From: Planctomycetota bacterium
Lineage (GTDB): Bacteria > Planctomycetota > JAJSAM01 > JAJVHW01
Length of the DNA: 64,000 nt
Reading direction: 5' to 3'
Assembly (NCBI GenBank): GCA_965248445.1
Contig: CBDFJG010000003.1
Coordinates: 864,001-928,000, forward strand
Within the stretch, counting starts at the first letter, position 1, and each line of letters begins with the position of its first letter. The notes under the pieces were generated by a model that was given only the letters and a program-made list of their open reading frames with translations, had not been told where the DNA came from and did not search any database. The position numbers and the translations under genes are program-made. Below are positions 10,060 to 21,310 of the stretch, one piece after another.

Positions 10060-11223
10060 CTACGCAGGCGCGTCGATCGTGAGCACCAACAACGTCGTGA
10101 TGTGGCCCTCCAGCAGGAGCTTGATGTGCTGGCCGCCGGCGGTCGTGAAGAACGGCTCGACGTCGTACCGCCGGTCGAACTCGTGATCGCCAATGTCGAA
10201 CTCGATTGGGCGGAGCCGGTAGCCCGCCGCGCGCAGGCGCTCGGCCAGATCCCCGATGTCGCTCTCGCGGTACAGCACGTTGCCACCGGTCTCGACCGTG
10301 TCGAGCGTCGATGACACGTTGAACTCGGTGGTGTGCACGGCGAGTCCGCCGGGCCGTAGCAGCTTCGCTGACTCGAGCACGAACTCGATACCCGCGCCGA
10401 GGCTGCCCAGGTGCTCGAGCGCGCACGAACTCCAGATGAAGTCGACGGGGCCCTCGCCCGCGAGCGTCGACAGATCGCGCATGTCCGCGTGGGCGAAACG
10501 CACCCTCTCCGTGAAGAGATCGCGATCGACGATCTTGGAGTGCCAGAGAGCGTCTACCCCGGCCGCGTGCTGATCCGTCATCGCCCAGCGCTGCGATCCG
10601 CTGTCGCTCGCCGCCAGATCCGTAGCGAGGACCTGAGCACCGGCGCGCGCGAACACGGACGCAAGCGGCTCCTTGCCGACCGCGAAGCCAATCCCCGTGC
10701 GACCGTCCGAGAGCACTCCGTGCCGGTCCAGGAGTTCAGCGATCACGCACCACTCCCACGACTTGCGCGTGTACTGGTAGTCGTGCAGCGACTCCGGACG
10801 CCACGGTCCGGACATCGCCTCGTGCCGGCGGCGATACCAGTCGGTCAGGAAGTCGGCATGCTTGCAGACTCCAGCGCTGGGGCCGCTCGACACCGCGTTC
10901 GCGCCGTCGCCCGTGAGTCGTTGCTCGAGCCGCCGCACGTCCATACTGAGCTGAAGAACGTCGTGCTCCAGCTTGCCGACGCGCGCACCCTTCGGCATGG
11001 CACGGAGCCGTCTGCGGACGCTCCTCGGAGTGACCTTCACGAGGCAGCGCACTGCGAAATCGCGAAGGCCCACGCTCGCTCTCCATCGCCCGAGTTCCTG
11101 GCCGCGATTCTGGTTCGCGGCCCGCGAGTATACGTAGGCACGGAGACCGCCGTCACCGGCCGAGTGGGCAGGCGCTTTGACCGCCCCAAACGCACGTGTA
11201 AGCTCCGATCCAGGTCGGTCCAT
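10060..11223 (-). CDS. Class I SAM-dependent methyltransferase (true start probably downstream of 11223)
   Basis: RKSWEW, GIGFAVGKEPL, VLATDL, DFIWSSCALEHLG, LRPGGLAVHTTEFN. Confidence 0.8.
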   Translation of the reverse strand: MDRPGSELTRAFGAVKAPAHSAGDGGLRAYVYSRAANQNRGQELGRWRASVGLRDFAVRCLVKVTPRSVRRRLRAMPKGARVGKLEHDVLQLSMDVRRLEQRLTGDGANAVSSGPSAGVCKHADFLTDWYRRRHEAMSGPWRPESLHDYQYTRKSWEWCVIAELLDRHGVLSDGRTGIGFAVGKEPLASVFARAGAQVLATDLAASDSGSQRWAMTDQHAAGVDALWHSKIVDRDLFTERVRFAHADMRDLSTLAGEGPVDFIWSSCALEHLGSLGAGIEFVLESAKLLRPGGLAVHTTEFNVSSTLDTVETGGNVLYRESDIGDLAERLRAAGYRLRPIEFDIGDHEFDRRYDVEPFFTTAGGQHIKLLLEGHITTLLVLTIDAPA

Positions 11224-11258
11224 CGACGGCCTCGCCGCGGAGGATCGGACCGGACAGC

Positions 11259-13502
11259 ATGTCGCTCAAGACGCTCGCGCTGATCGGCTGCGGCTGCCTC
11301 GCCGCCTGCGCCACTTGGTTCTTCTTCATTCGTCCGGCGCCGGACGCGGTCGCGGAGGGCGAACTGCCGGAACAGCTCGCGAGCGGCCGCTTCGGGCTCT
11401 CGGAAGAGAAGCAGCGCTACATCTGGGACATCGAGCACCTCTCGTTCGTCCTCAGTCAGGACGTCGCGCCGATCTTCAAGGACGCGAGCCGCGGTGGCGA
11501 TCCGGCGCCGCTGGTCGCGCTGCTCGATCCCGCGTTCGCGGGTACCGTCCTGACAGGCGGCGGATCCACGCTGACGCACGGCCCGGTGACCGTTAAGACC
11601 TGGCGCGCCGGACGCGCCCCCGCTGGAACGGTCGACCGCGCCGCGCTGGTCGACGAGATGGCGGGCTGGGGACGGACGTTCGAGACGATCGACTCGGTCG
11701 GCATCCACTTCACCGGGCTCTCCCCTGTCACTCTGGGGGCGCTCGACGGGCCCTGGACGTCGCGCTGGGAGATACGCATCGCGGGCAGCCGCCCGGGCGG
11801 CACGCGCGCCGAGATGCTGGTGGACTGCTCGTTCGACTTCTCCCGCCTGACCGAGACGCCGGCGAAGGAGGAGGGCTGGATCACCGCGGCGGCGGTGGAG
11901 CGCTCCTGGCTCAACACGAGCACCTCCCGGCTCATGGAGGAGATCACGGACACGACAGGAATTCGCGTCGCCCTGTTTCGCGACAACTGGAAGCGCTTCG
12001 CGCCGCCCTACGAGCCAGTCACCGGCGGCGCCCACCTGCTGGACTTCGACCGCGACGGGCACACCGATCTGCTCATCACCGGTGAGCCGCGGCACTACCT
12101 GTACCGCGGTCGCGGCGACGGGAAGTTCGACCAGGTCACCGAGGAAGCGGGCTTGCCGGTCGGCAGCCGGATCGTGGGAGCGTTCGTGGCCGACCTCGAC
12201 GGAGACGGGTTCGAGGACTTGGTAATGAGCGCGGTGATCGCGGGCCGCGAGGTGGAGACGCACATCTTCCGCAACAGCGGGACGGGAACGTTCGAAGCTG
12301 TCTGGCCGGACCAGCACGACCTGGCCCGCTTCGTCATCTCGGATCACATGGGCGTCGCCGACTACGACGGCGACGGGCTGGTCGACCTGTACGTGCCCAA
12401 GGGAGGACTCCCGCCCCCCGGCGACGTCGGCGGGCCCCGTTGGCTCGGCGACCGCACGAGTCCCGAGGGACTGCTTCTGCGAAACCTCGGCAACTGGCGT
12501 TTCGAAGACGTGACAGAGGCTGCCGGGCTGGCGGGCGAGTCCGTCGACACGTTCGCGATCGTCTGGCTCGATCTTGAGCCTGACGGCGACGCCGATCTGT
12601 TCCTCGCGAACCACATGGGAGCGAACGTCTTGTGGAAGAACCAGGGCGACGGCACGTTCGAGAAGGTCGCGCTGCCCCGCCAGGGTTTCGGCGGGTTCAG
12701 CATGGGCGCGACGGCCGGCGACCTCGACGGCGACGGCGACCCGGACCTCTACGTCGCCAACATGTACTCGTCGGCGGGCACCCGCGTCATCGCGAACCTG
12801 CGCCCCGAGGACTATCCCGAGAATGCGCTCGACTTCATCCAGGGCTTCGTCACCGGGAACGAGCTCTACGTGAACGACGGAAGCGGGGATCTCACGCCGA
12901 GCGGCGTCGGCGCCGGGGTTGCCAACAGCGGCTGGTCCTACGGACCCGCAGTCGTCGACCTCGACGGCGACGGCGCGCTGGATCTCTACGCGCCCGCCGG
13001 TTTCCAGAGCGTGCAGCGCGGCGACCCGGACGGATGAAGCTGCGTCTGGCGGGCTGCCGTGTCGCAGCCCACGCAGCGCATGCTCGAACTCGAGCCGGTC
13101 GGCGAGGTCGACACGGAGCGCGGCGAGTTCTGGCTGGGAAACCCGTGGCGCGTCGGAGAGACCACGCGCAACCTGAGCTCGTTCGAACCGAACCAGGTGT
13201 TCCTGAACATCGGCAGCGGGAAGTTCGCAGACGTCGGACACCTCAGCGGGGCGAACTCCGACGGCGACGGCCGCGGTGTCCTGGTGGCCGACGTGACCGG
13301 CGATCTGCAGCCCGACCTGCTCGTCCGGCAGAGCGGCGGAGGCGCGCTGCGCGTGTACGCGAACCGCTTCCCTGCCGCGAGCCGCCTCGAGGTCTCGCTC
13401 GAGGGCACGAAGAGCAACCGCCTCGGCATCGGCGCCACCGTCGTCGCCGAGGCCGGCGGACTCCGCGTCAGCCGGCAGTTGTTCCCGACGGGCAACTTCA
13501 GC
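11259..13502 (+). CDS. FG-GAP/VCBS-repeat, CRTAC1/ASPIC-UnbV family protein with in-frame UGA at 13035 (candidate Sec); 3' end cut by IS66
   Basis: N-terminal hydrophobic segment; many DxDGDGxxDL repeats; frame continues after UGA (SCVWRAAVSQ...LEGTKSNRLGIGATV, UnbV-type) up to the IS66 end at 13503. Confidence 0.75.
13039..13077 (+). promoter_or_regulatory. Putative bacterial SECIS-like hairpin
   Basis: GCTGCGT(13039-45)/ACGCAGC(13071-77) and GGGCTGC(13051-57)/GCAGCCC(13064-70) are exact reverse complements; loop CGTGTC; starts 1 nt after the UGA. Confidence 0.6.
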
Positions 13503-15002
13503 GTAACCGTTCACCCCTTCGTCGCGAGCCAGTATCCAGATCGTTCGGCCATCGGTCGATCAAGATGTTGTGGGCGAGCGGCAGGACGAGGATCTGCGGG
13601 CGATGGTCGAGGGCCTTCTGGCCTGGATCGAGGAGCTGGAGCGTCGCGAAGCGAAGCATCTGCGCCGCATCGACGAGCTCGAGTCGCGTCTGAAGCGTGA
13701 CTCCCGCAACAGCTCGAGGCCTCCGTCGTCGGACCCGGCGTGGTCCAAGCGCCGTCGCGGCCGAAGGCCGCGTAGCGGTCGCCAGCAGGGCGGACAGCCG
13801 GGCCATGAGGGCACGGCGCGCGAGCTGGTGGATCCGTCCAACGTCGATGAGACCAAGGAGCACCGTCCCGACCTCTGCGACGCGTGCGGACACGACGATC
13901 TCGAGCAGGGCATCGGCGATCCGTACCGGCACCAGGTGACGGTGCTCCCGCGCGTGCTCGTCACGGTGCGGGAGCACCGGCTGCACAAGGCGCGGTGCCG
14001 GCGCTGTCGTGCGGTCACGACGGCGGTCCTGCCCGATGGCGTGCCGACCGGGGCCTTCGGTCCGCGGCTGACCACACTTGCCGGCGCGCTGCGCGGCGTG
14101 TACCGCGTGAGCGTGCGGGAGACGCAGCGGCTGCTCGGTGAGATCTTCGGTGTGAAGATGTCGCTGGGCAAGATCAGCGACTGTGAGCGTCGGCTCAGTG
14201 ACGCTCTGCACTCGTCGTACCTCGAAGCCCTCGGGGCAGTCCGCACGTCGCTGCGAGCCAACGTGGACGAGACGTCGTGGAAGGAACGGGGCCGGGTGTG
14301 CTGGCTGTGGGCGGCGGAGAGCGAGCACGCCACAGCCTTCGGGATCGATCGCCGCCGCAGTGCCAAGGCGAAAGGGCGGCTGATCGGGCGGCGCTTCGGT
14401 GGCACGGTGATCAGCGACCGGATGGGTGCCTACGAGTCACACCCACTTGCCCGCCGCCAGCTCTGCTGGGCGCACATCGAGCGCGCCTTCCGTGCGCTGG
14501 CCGAAGGCCCGTGAGGACATCGCCGCTTCGGCAACAAGGGCGTCATGATCGCGCAGTCGGTCATGCGCAGCTACCGGCTCTTCGGTGAGCACGGCGACCG
14601 TGACCGGCTGCAAGGCGAAGCCGCTGTGCTGCGCGGACGGCTCGAGCGACTGATCGCGAACGACGACTCGGCTCTGGCCAACCATCTGCGCCCCCGCGTG
14701 GTCGCCCTCTTCACCTATGCGCGGACCCAGGACGTGAGTCCGACGAACAACGCCGCCGAGCGCGCGGTCCGCAAAGCGGTGCTCTGGCGCAAGGGCTCCT
14801 TCGGAAGCCAGTCCGCTCGCGGACTCCGCTTCGCCGAGCGCGTGTTGACCGCCGCGGCCACGCTGCGACGCCGTGGCGACCAAGTCTTCGACTTCCTCGC
14901 CGACTCGGTCGCCGCGCACCTCACCGGCGCCGACCCGCCCGTCATGGTCCCGATGCCCGTCGCACGCTGAGGCTCACACGCTGTCAAGGGGTGAACGGTT
15001 AC
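13503..15002 (+). mobile_element. IS66-family element (single-ORF, ISBst12-like), copy 1, 1500 bp
   Basis: Terminal IRs GTAACCGTTCACCCCTT...AAGGGGTGAACGGTTAC; flanks do not match (no TSD). Confidence 0.92.
13570..14970 (+). pseudogene. IS66 transposase with nonsense mutation
   Basis: TGA at 14512-14514 where the other copies have CGA (EGPRGH); motifs NSSRPPSSD, DET, QLCWAH, TNNAAER. Confidence 0.85.
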
Positions 15003-15007
15003 GGCTG

Positions 15008-17173
15008 CTACTCCGCCTCTTCGAGTCGAACTCGCAGGTCGTGCGTCCCGGCCGCGACGTCCTCGACGTCGATCCATGCCTTGCCCTTGGCAGCCACGCG
15101 CACGGTGTAACGGCCCAGCGGGTGGAGGCCGTGGACGGCGAAGCGACCTTGTGCGTCCGCGCGTGCGCGGCCGTCCCACTGGCGCTCGTCCGTCATGCGA
15201 AGCACATCGATGCCCGCACCGGGAAGAGGACTGCCGCCGGCGTCGACGACGGTCCCCGAGATGCGCGGACCGCGTGAGAGCACGAGTCGCAGTCCCTCGG
15301 CGGGCGCGCTCAGCTGCTCCCCTCCGTCGAGATAGCACCGAGACCAATCCGGCGCCCGTGACTTGAGGACGACGCGACACGCTCCTGGCTCCAACCCCTC
15401 GATCACGAACGCGCCGCTCGCATCCGTCTTTGCCCCGGGACCGGACTGGTGGCCGTGCCTTGGCGCGTCTCCCGTGAGCACGAGCACCTCGCGTCCTGCG
15501 ACGGGCTTGCCGTCGCCGTCCACGACGGTCCCGGTCATCTTGGCGCCGGACTCGACCGTGATCGTGAGACCCGTCGTGCCGGGCGCGACGGACGCCACCG
15601 TCTGCTTGCGATACCGCCGCTTGACGTGGCCGGAGGGGAAGCTGACATCCACCGCGTAGACGATGTTCACGAGACCCTCGATCGAGAACCTGCCGTCGGC
15701 GGCACTCGTCGCATGCATGACTCTCCCGATCGTCCGCGAGTGCGGGGATGCCGTCAGGTGGGCGCCCGCGACGTGATTCCCGTCGCCGTCGACCACGGTG
15801 CCGGAGATCCCGAAGCCTCGCTCGACGAGGATCTCTATGTTCCTGTCGCGTGGGATGGAGACGGCGCGCTGGAGCGGAACGAAACGAACTGAACTGTCGA
15901 CCCGCGGCCCGACCGCGAGCCGCACGTCGCCCACCCCGAGATGCAGCGTGAAGCGGCCCTCCGCATCGGTGGCCGTCCGTCCGGCGCCGTACGTGAAGGG
16001 GCGGCCGTTCGCAGGCGCAAACGGGTTGGGCTCGAGCCGGACCGATGCGTTCTCGATCGGCGTTCCGTCACGAAGGGCAACGCGTCCCTGGAGTTCATGG
16101 GAGCGTGGCAGCTTCAAAGTCCCGAGTTCACGGGCCAGCTCGAGGCGCCAAGCCAGGCGCAGATACCCCGCGGCGCGCACGTACACCGCGTTCTGGAGGA
16201 CGGTCGTCTGCTCGACCTCGAAGCGTCCGGCCGCGTCGGTCTCGACGTGCGGTGGCGCCCGATCGGTGATGTCGGGATCGCGCGGGTACAGACGTGCACC
16301 GGCTATCGGGAGACCGGTCTCACGGTCCACGACGCGTCCAGCGAAGCGCTCGATCGGTCGCAGCGTGATGTCCTGCTCCGTCTCGTCCCAGTCGTCGATC
16401 GTGACCCGCCTGCGGAGCGGTGTCATGTAGCCCTTGGCGCGCGCTTCGAGCGACAAGCCGCGTGCGGTCGCGTCGACCTCGAAACTGAATGAGCCGTCGG
16501 TGCAGTCTTGCCAAGACGTCACGGGTCGGATCTCGTCTCGCACCCTCGCCGGCAAGGGGCCGCCTCCCGCCACGGCGGAGACGACGGTCCCGAGGGTCGG
16601 CTGGTTCGACGGCCGACGATCGAGAGCGAGGTGGACATGGACCTGCGCTCCGGGAATCGGCGACCCCCTCGGGTCGAGGACGCGGACGTTGACGACGACC
16701 TTGCGCGCGGCGGGCAAGCGGACGACGACGTCGGTGGTCTCGCCCGCCACGACCTCCTCCACGACGGAGCCGCCGGCACCGTGATCCGGGTGCAGAACCC
16801 AGATGGGACGGCTCTTCCCGGGCGGGAAGTTGCGCAGTTCGAACGACCCGTCCGCGTCGCTCTCGGTGCGCCGGCCCATGATCGCGACCGCCGAGTCCGC
16901 CACGGCGACACCATCCGCGTCCTCCACTCGGCCGCGGACGACACCGAACCGCGCTTCCGTGTCCTCGTCGACGGTCGCCCCTGCCCGCCCGGGGGTGGTT
17001 CGCGGAACACGCGGACGCACGGTGTCGGGGGTGCTCTCAGGCCCTGCGGTCTCCGGCGCCGAGGCTGGTGTCCGAGGTGCGGGAGTGGGCCTGGAGTCGC
17101 GGACGGCCAGGACCACCGCCGCGATCAGGACCGCGACGACGCCGATCACCACAACGAGCCATCTGCGTCGCAT
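15008..17173 (-). CDS. Membrane-anchored carboxypeptidase-regulatory-like repeat protein
   Basis: N-terminal TM; repeated ISGTVVD.DG.P.AGA...TDA.GRF beta-sandwich units. Confidence 0.8.
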   Translation of the reverse strand: MRRRWLVVVIGVVAVLIAAVVLAVRDSRPTPAPRTPASAPETAGPESTPDTVRPRVPRTTPGRAGATVDEDTEARFGVVRGRVEDADGVAVADSAVAIMGRRTESDADGSFELRNFPPGKSRPIWVLHPDHGAGGSVVEEVVAGETTDVVVRLPAARKVVVNVRVLDPRGSPIPGAQVHVHLALDRRPSNQPTLGTVVSAVAGGGPLPARVRDEIRPVTSWQDCTDGSFSFEVDATARGLSLEARAKGYMTPLRRRVTIDDWDETEQDITLRPIERFAGRVVDRETGLPIAGARLYPRDPDITDRAPPHVETDAAGRFEVEQTTVLQNAVYVRAAGYLRLAWRLELARELGTLKLPRSHELQGRVALRDGTPIENASVRLEPNPFAPANGRPFTYGAGRTATDAEGRFTLHLGVGDVRLAVGPRVDSSVRFVPLQRAVSIPRDRNIEILVERGFGISGTVVDGDGNHVAGAHLTASPHSRTIGRVMHATSAADGRFSIEGLVNIVYAVDVSFPSGHVKRRYRKQTVASVAPGTTGLTITVESGAKMTGTVVDGDGKPVAGREVLVLTGDAPRHGHQSGPGAKTDASGAFVIEGLEPGACRVVLKSRAPDWSRCYLDGGEQLSAPAEGLRLVLSRGPRISGTVVDAGGSPLPGAGIDVLRMTDERQWDGRARADAQGRFAVHGLHPLGRYTVRVAAKGKAWIDVEDVAAGTHDLRVRLEEAE

Positions 17174-17435
17174 CCCAGAAGATAGACGACCGAACCCGGG
17201 TCCGTCGTCCGGCGTACGCGAACCCGTCTTGATACTGAGACGTTCGAGTCGCTCGCGGATTGGGCTTCGCCACAGTTCGACTCACCCGGATACGCTGACT
17301 TCGCTCAGAAGTACAGCGCGCGCGTTGCCGGGACGGCATCTGGCTGGATTCACCCTCCACCATCCCCACCATCAGAGCAAGCGCGGCACGCGCTGGAGAC
17401 AACGACGATCTGTCCCACTGAAGGCGGGCAGCTAG

Positions 17436-19104
17436 CCCGAATCGTTCACCAGCCGGGAATCTGAGCGGGCCGTCGTCTGTCTAAGTGCTCGTACTCGCTA
17501 GTACTTGCACCGACAGGAGCGCCGGCCCGATGACGACAGACTGTAGCCCGCAGGGGACCCTCTTCGCGGGCATCTGTGGACGCACCGCGGTGACGCGCTT
17601 CGACGCCGGTACCGTGACGAGCGACGGGGGCGTGCTGCTGCTCGAGCGGACCGATCGTCGCATCGATCTGCTCTCGCGGTTTGCGCGCTGCTTCGGGGAC
17701 CACCGGGACCCGCGTCGGGTCGAGCACACGGTCGGCCAGATGCTGCGTCAGCGGGTCTTCGGGCTGTGCGCGGGCTACGAGGATCTGGTGGACCACGACC
17801 ATGTCGGCAAGGACCCGCTGTTTGCCGCGGCGTGCGGCAAGCGCGAGGGTGCTCTGGCCACGCACCCGACGCTCTCGCGGCTCGAGACCACGCAGCTCGG
17901 CGCCACGGCACAGACGCGCTACGCCAAGATCGAGATGGACCAGGAGCGCGTGGACAGCGTGCTCAGCGACGTCTTCTGCGAGGCCATGGGGCCGGAGGAT
18001 CCGGGCCTGCTCGTGCTGGACCTGGACCACTCCGACGTGCGGCTGCACGGCCGGCAGGAGGGCCGCTTCTTCCACGGCTACTACGGGCACTACTGCTACC
18101 TGCCGCTGTACGTCTTCTGCGGCGAGCACCTCTTGCTCGCTCGGCTCCAGACCGCTGACAGAGATCCCGCGCGCGGAGTCGTGGACGAGCTCCGTGCGCT
18201 GGTCTTACGTCTGCGGCGCCGCTGGCCCCGGGCCAAGGTGCTCGTGCGCGCAGACTCGGGCTTTTGCCGCGAGGAGCTGATGGCCTGGTGCGAGGCCGCC
18301 GGCCACTTCTACCTGCTGGGCATGGCGCGCAATGAGCGCCTTGAGCGACACGTCGAAGACGCGCTCGATGAGGCCGCAGCCCGTGCCGTGCAGACCGGCC
18401 GAGCAGCCCGGGTCTTTCGCGACTTTGCCTGGACCACGCTGGGGAGCTGGAGCCAGAGGCGTCGCGTGGTCGCCAAGGCCGAGCACCTGCCGGGCGGCAA
18501 GCGCAATCCCCGCTTCGTGGTGACCAATCTGCCGCCTCGTAGCTGGAGCAGCAAGCGTCTCTACGAGCAGCTCTACTGCGCCCGGGGCGAGGCGGAGAAT
18601 CGCATCAAGGAGCAGCAGCTCGAGCTCTTCGGCACCCGTCTGTCGGTGCACACGATGCAGGGCAACGCCGTGCGGATGGCCATGTCGGCCATGGCCTACG
18701 TCCTGACCTGTGCGCTGCGACGCATCGGTCTCGCCGGCACCGAGATGGCGCGTGCGCAAGCCGGCACGATCCGCCTGCGGCTGCTCAAGATCGGCGCGCT
18801 CGTGCGGATCACGACGCGCCGGATCTGGGTCTCGATGTCCTCGTCGTGGCCCTGGCAGCACGTCTTCGAGCGCTGCGCGCAACGACTGCTGGCATCCCCG
18901 AAGCCGACCTGACGTCCCGCCGCGCCGTCCGCCACACCACCGCCCGGCCTACGGTCTGCCCACACCGCAGAATCCGCGCCGTTTCGGCCGCTCACTCGCG
19001 TTGCCCTTGTGGCAACGACGACAGCATCCGCCCTCGCCTGGCCAAGATCTGACCCTGTGGACTCCGAAAGCACCGTCATCGCGACGTCTCGTGAACAGAT
19101 GCGG
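17436..19104 (+). mobile_element. IS1380-family element, copy 1, 1669 bp
   Basis: Ends CCCGAATCGTTCAC...GTGAACAGATGCGG; 4-bp TSD CTAG on both sides. Confidence 0.92.
17530..18912 (+). CDS. IS1380 transposase
   Basis: TSDGG, HGRQEGRFFHGYY, VRADSGF, YCARGEAENRIKE motifs. Confidence 0.92.
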   Translation: MTTDCSPQGTLFAGICGRTAVTRFDAGTVTSDGGVLLLERTDRRIDLLSRFARCFGDHRDPRRVEHTVGQMLRQRVFGLCAGYEDLVDHDHVGKDPLFAAACGKREGALATHPTLSRLETTQLGATAQTRYAKIEMDQERVDSVLSDVFCEAMGPEDPGLLVLDLDHSDVRLHGRQEGRFFHGYYGHYCYLPLYVFCGEHLLLARLQTADRDPARGVVDELRALVLRLRRRWPRAKVLVRADSGFCREELMAWCEAAGHFYLLGMARNERLERHVEDALDEAAARAVQTGRAARVFRDFAWTTLGSWSQRRRVVAKAEHLPGGKRNPRFVVTNLPPRSWSSKRLYEQLYCARGEAENRIKEQQLELFGTRLSVHTMQGNAVRMAMSAMAYVLTCALRRIGLAGTEMARAQAGTIRLRLLKIGALVRITTRRIWVSMSSSWPWQHVFERCAQRLLASPKPT

Positions 19105-19258
19105 CTAGCGAGTGAGTGTGACTTGGACGTGCTTGACTGCCGTGTGGGTCCGTTGAGCCCGACAGACGGCAACCCCTTGCAGGGAGTCGACGGCACCGAC
19201 CGCGCCTTCGTGTCGATCCCCAGCAAGGAGACTCTTGGGCGGCCCTGGGGCAGAAGGT

Positions 19259-20611
19259 CTACTCGCGTTCTGTCTCCCGGGTCCACACGCGGACTCGCGC
19301 TTCGAAGTCGCCGGAGGCACCAACCGGCCGGACCGCTGTCCAAACGACGAGGCCGTTCGTGGATGCCTCGCCCCCGTCGACGGAGATCCGGGAGACTCGA
19401 GTGATTGATCCGAACGCCGGCCGCGCCTCCAGTCGCGTTTCTTCACTCTCGCCAGATCCAACCGTCACCTTCAAGGACCATGTCGAGAGGCTGCGCCCGT
19501 CCTCGACGATGACGTCGAAGTCTCGGATCACAATCGCTACGCGATCGTCGCCACTTCCAAACTCCAATGTGATGTCCGGGGTGCCCGACGACCTGACCAC
19601 GCGTGACGCACCGCCGGCCCAACCCTCGGGTGGGATCGAAAGTGCTAGCGCACCGGACTGCATTACCCGGTCGATGGCCCCGCTCGCCCCGTCCTTCGCA
19701 AGGTCACTCAGCGACATTCCGAAGTGTCCGAGCAGCTGATCTGCCTTGCCCCGCGTCGCCTGAGCAATGGCTTCACCGAGGCGACTCGCGCGGCCACGTA
19801 GAACGCCCGAAGCGGTACGCGGAACAGGTCGGCTGTTACCGGTTCGCTTGATCGCGTACTTCACGAGGTCGGTGCTCTCAAAGTCGTACAGATCCCGCTC
19901 GACCAGCCGAGCAGTCACTCGTGCATCGCGGTCCTTGAGGGCCTCGCGGGCAATACCAACTGCTGGCGCCTTGTCTGCACCGAACAACCACGCGACCTTT
20001 CCAAGTGTAGCTGCCACATATCGAACTTCCGCACGACGATCCCGGGAGAGTACGCGCGCGACCGACAGAACATCGGGCGCTTCGTGCAGCCCAAGCGCGG
20101 GAGCCGTAGCTGCTTCCCAGTCGAAGCGAACTGATGACGAGAGCGCGTACGGCACGAGATCCGGAACCCCGTCGATATGAGAGAACCTGCGACGCTCGAT
20201 GATGTACCGAAGTCCGCGTTGTTGTCGCTCCGTCAACCGATAGCGCGGGGCCTCGCTTGACCGAGCCTTCTCGTGACGAAGAAGGTAGTCGATCTCTGGC
20301 GTGGGCGTATCGGCCGCTCGGTCCGCGAGGCCCGACATCGCTGCGATCTCCAAAGCAACATCCCCGCTCGGCGCGCCGCTGAGTGTGACGGCAACGAGCT
20401 TGTGTAGCGCCTCGATCTCGGCATGTGAGCCGCCACCCTTCGGTTCGTGGCCGCTCGCTGTAGTCGCGGAAGCCACCGCGAGGAGGAGCCCAAGACTCCA
20501 TGGCCCGAATTTTGTCCGCTTCCGCTTCCACAACGCCCGCGGACCCCGCCCCTGTGTGACTACGCGGCGCCTAGTTGTTCTCAATCGTAATCTCATTTGA
20601 AGCTCGGCCAT
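19259..20611 (-). CDS. Hypothetical exported protein (start uncertain)
   Basis: 450-aa ORF with a signal-like segment (WSLGLLLAVASATTASG); visibly lower GC than flanks. Confidence 0.5.
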   Translation of the reverse strand: MAELQMRLRLRTTRRRVVTQGRGPRALWKRKRTKFGPWSLGLLLAVASATTASGHEPKGGGSHAEIEALHKLVAVTLSGAPSGDVALEIAAMSGLADRAADTPTPEIDYLLRHEKARSSEAPRYRLTERQQRGLRYIIERRRFSHIDGVPDLVPYALSSSVRFDWEAATAPALGLHEAPDVLSVARVLSRDRRAEVRYVAATLGKVAWLFGADKAPAVGIAREALKDRDARVTARLVERDLYDFESTDLVKYAIKRTGNSRPVPRTASGVLRGRASRLGEAIAQATRGKADQLLGHFGMSLSDLAKDGASGAIDRVMQSGALALSIPPEGWAGGASRVVRSSGTPDITLEFGSGDDRVAIVIRDFDVIVEDGRSLSTWSLKVTVGSGESEETRLEARPAFGSITRVSRISVDGGEASTNGLVVWTAVRPVGASGDFEARVRVWTRETERE

Positions 20612-21310
20612 TCACTCTCTTGCCCGCATGGACTCGATATGTGTTGTCACCAACGAGATAGTCGGCGTCCGTCACCGTCTGCGGAACTCCGACCGGTACA
20701 CCGGTCACTATCTGGTCAACGAGCGCCAGGCCAGTCGAGGACTCACGATAGATGTAAGCTTCGTCCGCATCCTCACCGCTGAGCTGAAATGTGATCGTGT
20801 TTGTTGAAGCGATCGGGTCATTGGTAACCGAGTTGATGACAACGTTGCCGTTGAACTCGAGCTCACTCTCAGGCACATAGGCAGCAACGGGACGCCAAGT
20901 GAGCACATCGGTGCCTTCCACCTCGCCTTGGGACCGTTGCCGCCACACATTCTCGTCTGTTGTCGTGTAGGACACCGTCGCCGTCGATTGAGAGGCTACG
21001 TTTCCAGACCAGCCGGTGGGCTGAGACGGCGTCGGGATCGATGGGAACGCATAGTCCAGAGACTCATCGCCCAAGTTCTCAAGAGAGTACGTGAACGTGA
21101 TGTCTGTCCCACTTGTGTATGAGACCTCGGAAGAGAACCGTGCCACCGCCTCAGGCACTTCCCACCACACAATATCGCCGTTTGCGTCCAAAACGGGGAC
21201 CAGGTTGCCTTGGCCGTCAAGGTCCATGTCGGGTCGCCCACGCCAATAGAAGTCCATTTCAAGGTCAAGTGCATTGTTCAGGATCTGTGTCGGTATGTCT
21301 CCGAGACTAA

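Noticed and set aside
2353..13514. Long antisense and alternate-frame ORFs (e.g. 2353-4398, 11037-13514; also 36534-38891, 48182-50605)
   Set aside because: Shadows of real genes in high-GC DNA, with no motifs.
14512..14514. In-frame TGA in IS66 transposase as a second recoding site
   Set aside because: Sister copies have CGA (Arg); a simple C-to-T nonsense change.
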